This document shows positions 62,090-64,000 of a stretch of 64,000 nucleotides of DNA, in pieces. The translations under genes and the position numbers were made by a program. How positions within the stretch are numbered: the first letter of the stretch is position 1; the number at the start of each line of letters is the position of its first letter. Below the pieces are notes generated by a model. The model ran no database searches. It saw only the letters and a list, made by a program, of their open reading frames with translations, and had not been told where the DNA came from. Origin of the DNA: Mobula hypostoma (Eukaryota); contig NC_086097.1 in the NCBI RefSeq assembly GCF_963921235.1, positions 248,746,001 through 248,810,000 of the forward strand. Reading direction: 5' to 3'.

Positions 62090-63870
62090 TCAGGTAGCAA
62101 CAGAGAGTGGGAAGTTGGATGACTGGAAGCTATTAACATCCAACAAAAGGCAACTAAAAAGGCTATAAGCAGGGAAAAGATGAAATATGAGGGCAGACCA
62201 GCCAATAATATAAACCAGGATTCCAAAAATATTTTCAGTTATATAAAGAGTGAAAGGGAGGTGAGAGTTAATATTGGACCACTGGAAAATAATGCAGGTG
62301 AGGTAGTAATGGGAGACAAAGAAATGGCAGATAAACTTAATGGGTACTTTGTATCTGTCTTCACTGTGGAAGACACTAGCAGTGTGCCAGAGGTCCGTGA
62401 GTGTCAGGGAGCAGGAGTGAGTGCCATTGCTATTACAAAGGGAAAAAGTGCCAGGCAAACTCAAAAGTCTTACCATGGATAAGTCACCTGGACCAGATGG
62501 ACTACATCCCAGAGTCCTGAGGGAGGTTGCTGAAAAGATAATGGATGCATTGGTCATGATCTTTCAAGAATCACTTGCTGAAGTTTCAAGGTATGTGGAG
62601 ACTAATGAAAAAATCAGTCAAAGTCAGCACGGTTTCCGTGAAGGTAAATCTGTTCGAATTCTTCAAGAAAGTAACAAGCAGGGAAGACAAGGGAGAGGCA
62701 GTGGATGTCATTTACATTGATTTTCAGAAGGTGTTTGATAAGGTGTCTCACATGAGGCTACAAGATAAAACCCTATGGCATTACAGGAAAGATACTGGCG
62801 TGGATAGCGGAATGGCTGACAGGCAGGAGGCAGTGAATAAAAAGGGCCTTTTCTGGTTGTAATAAAAGTTGCCTTTACTAGTTGGCTATCGGTGACTAGT
62901 GGTGTTCCTCGGGTCGGTATTGGGAACACTACTTTTCACATTGTTTGTCAATGATTTGGATAATGGGACTTGTGGCAAAGTTTGTGGATGATACGAAGAT
63001 AGGTGGAGGGGTAGGTAGTGCTGAGGAAGCAATGTGATTGCAGCAGGACTTGGACAAATTGGAAGAATAGGCAAAAAAGTGGTGGATAAAATACAGTATT
63101 GGGAAATGTATGATAATACATTCTGGTAAAAGGAACAATAGTGTGGACTATTATCTAAATGGGAGAAGGTTCAAACATCAGAGGTGCAGAGGGAATTAGG
63201 AGTTCTCGTGCAAGACTCCCAGAAGGTTAATTTACAGGTTCAGTCTGTGGTAAAGAAGGCAAATGCAATGTTGGCATTTATTTCAAGGGGAATAGAATAT
63301 AAAAGAAAGGAGATAATGCTGAGGCTTTATAAGACACTAGTCAGGCTACACTTGGAGTATCATCAACAGATGGATGTGTTGTCATTGGAGAGAGTCCAGA
63401 GGTTCATGCGGATGATTCCAGGAATGAAGGCGTTAACATATGAGGCAGTTTAAAAGAATGTGTGGGGATCTCATTGAAACCTAAGGATGTTGAAAGGACT
63501 AGATCGGGTGGGTGTGGAGAGGATGTTTCCTGTGGTGGGGTTATCCAGAACCAGAGGGCACAGCCTCAATAATTGTCTAGCCTGCTGGTATATATACCCT
63601 TTGGAACAGAAGTAAGGAGGCATTTTTTTTTAATAGCCAGAGAGTAGCAAATTTATGGAATGCTCTGCCACAGACTGTGGTGGAGGCTGAGCCCATATGT
63701 ATATTTAAGGTGGAAGTTGATAGTTTCCTGATCAGTCAGGGCATCAAAGGATATGGTGAGAAGGCAGGTGTATGGAGTTAAGTGGGATCTGGGATCAGCC
63801 ATGATGGAATGGCAGAGCAGACTCGATGGGCTGAATGGCCTAATGTTGCTCCTGTGTCTTATGCTGTTGT
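62090..63870 (+). mobile_element. 5'-truncated CR1
   Basis: KSPGPDGLHPRVLREVA, QHGF, DFQKVFDKVSH, RLYKTLVRLHLEY; CR1 tail. Confidence 0.85.
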
Positions 63871-64000
63871 GGACTTTTTATCTTTTTCTCTTCCCTGTGC
63901 AGTCCATTTATTTTTGTTTGCCCGACATGCTCTTTGTAGGTGTCCTACGTTGTTGATTTTGTGCAAATTTCACCTTTAAGCCTGCACTGGTCTGGTGTAT

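Overview
Eukaryotic vertebrate genomic DNA, almost entirely degraded and nested transposable elements. The repeat repertoire (CR1/HER1-like LINEs, HE1-like V-SINEs, Rex1, Neptune-type Penelope elements) suggests a cartilaginous fish, probably a ray; this is inference. Nearly all ORFs in the supplied track are TE remnants or noise. The one host-gene signal is a CpG-rich promoter at ~44.3-44.8 kb with two small coding exons (11 nt and 80 nt) that splice into a signal peptide, MGHRFPKTTLTRLLLLLWLNGGTAAAQELK. This exon layout matches the multiplexin collagens (COL15A1 or the short COL18A1 isoform), and the rest of the window would be intron 2. Other notable structure: (1) about 17 copies or remnants of a minimal type-I hammerhead ribozyme carried by Penelope pLTRs, several in short fold-back inserts whose breakpoints cluster at the ribozyme; (2) a ~2.7 kb minisatellite of 29/30-bp units with higher-order structure and CTCF-like motifs just upstream of the promoter; (3) six copies of a ~650-bp non-coding retroposon with a YY1-motif head and stem-loop/(AATCT)n tail; (4) a 14-kb Russian-doll nest inside one CR1; (5) a chromodomain-bearing Gypsy (chromovirus). 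TE boundaries were read by eye and are approximate unless a TSD is given.
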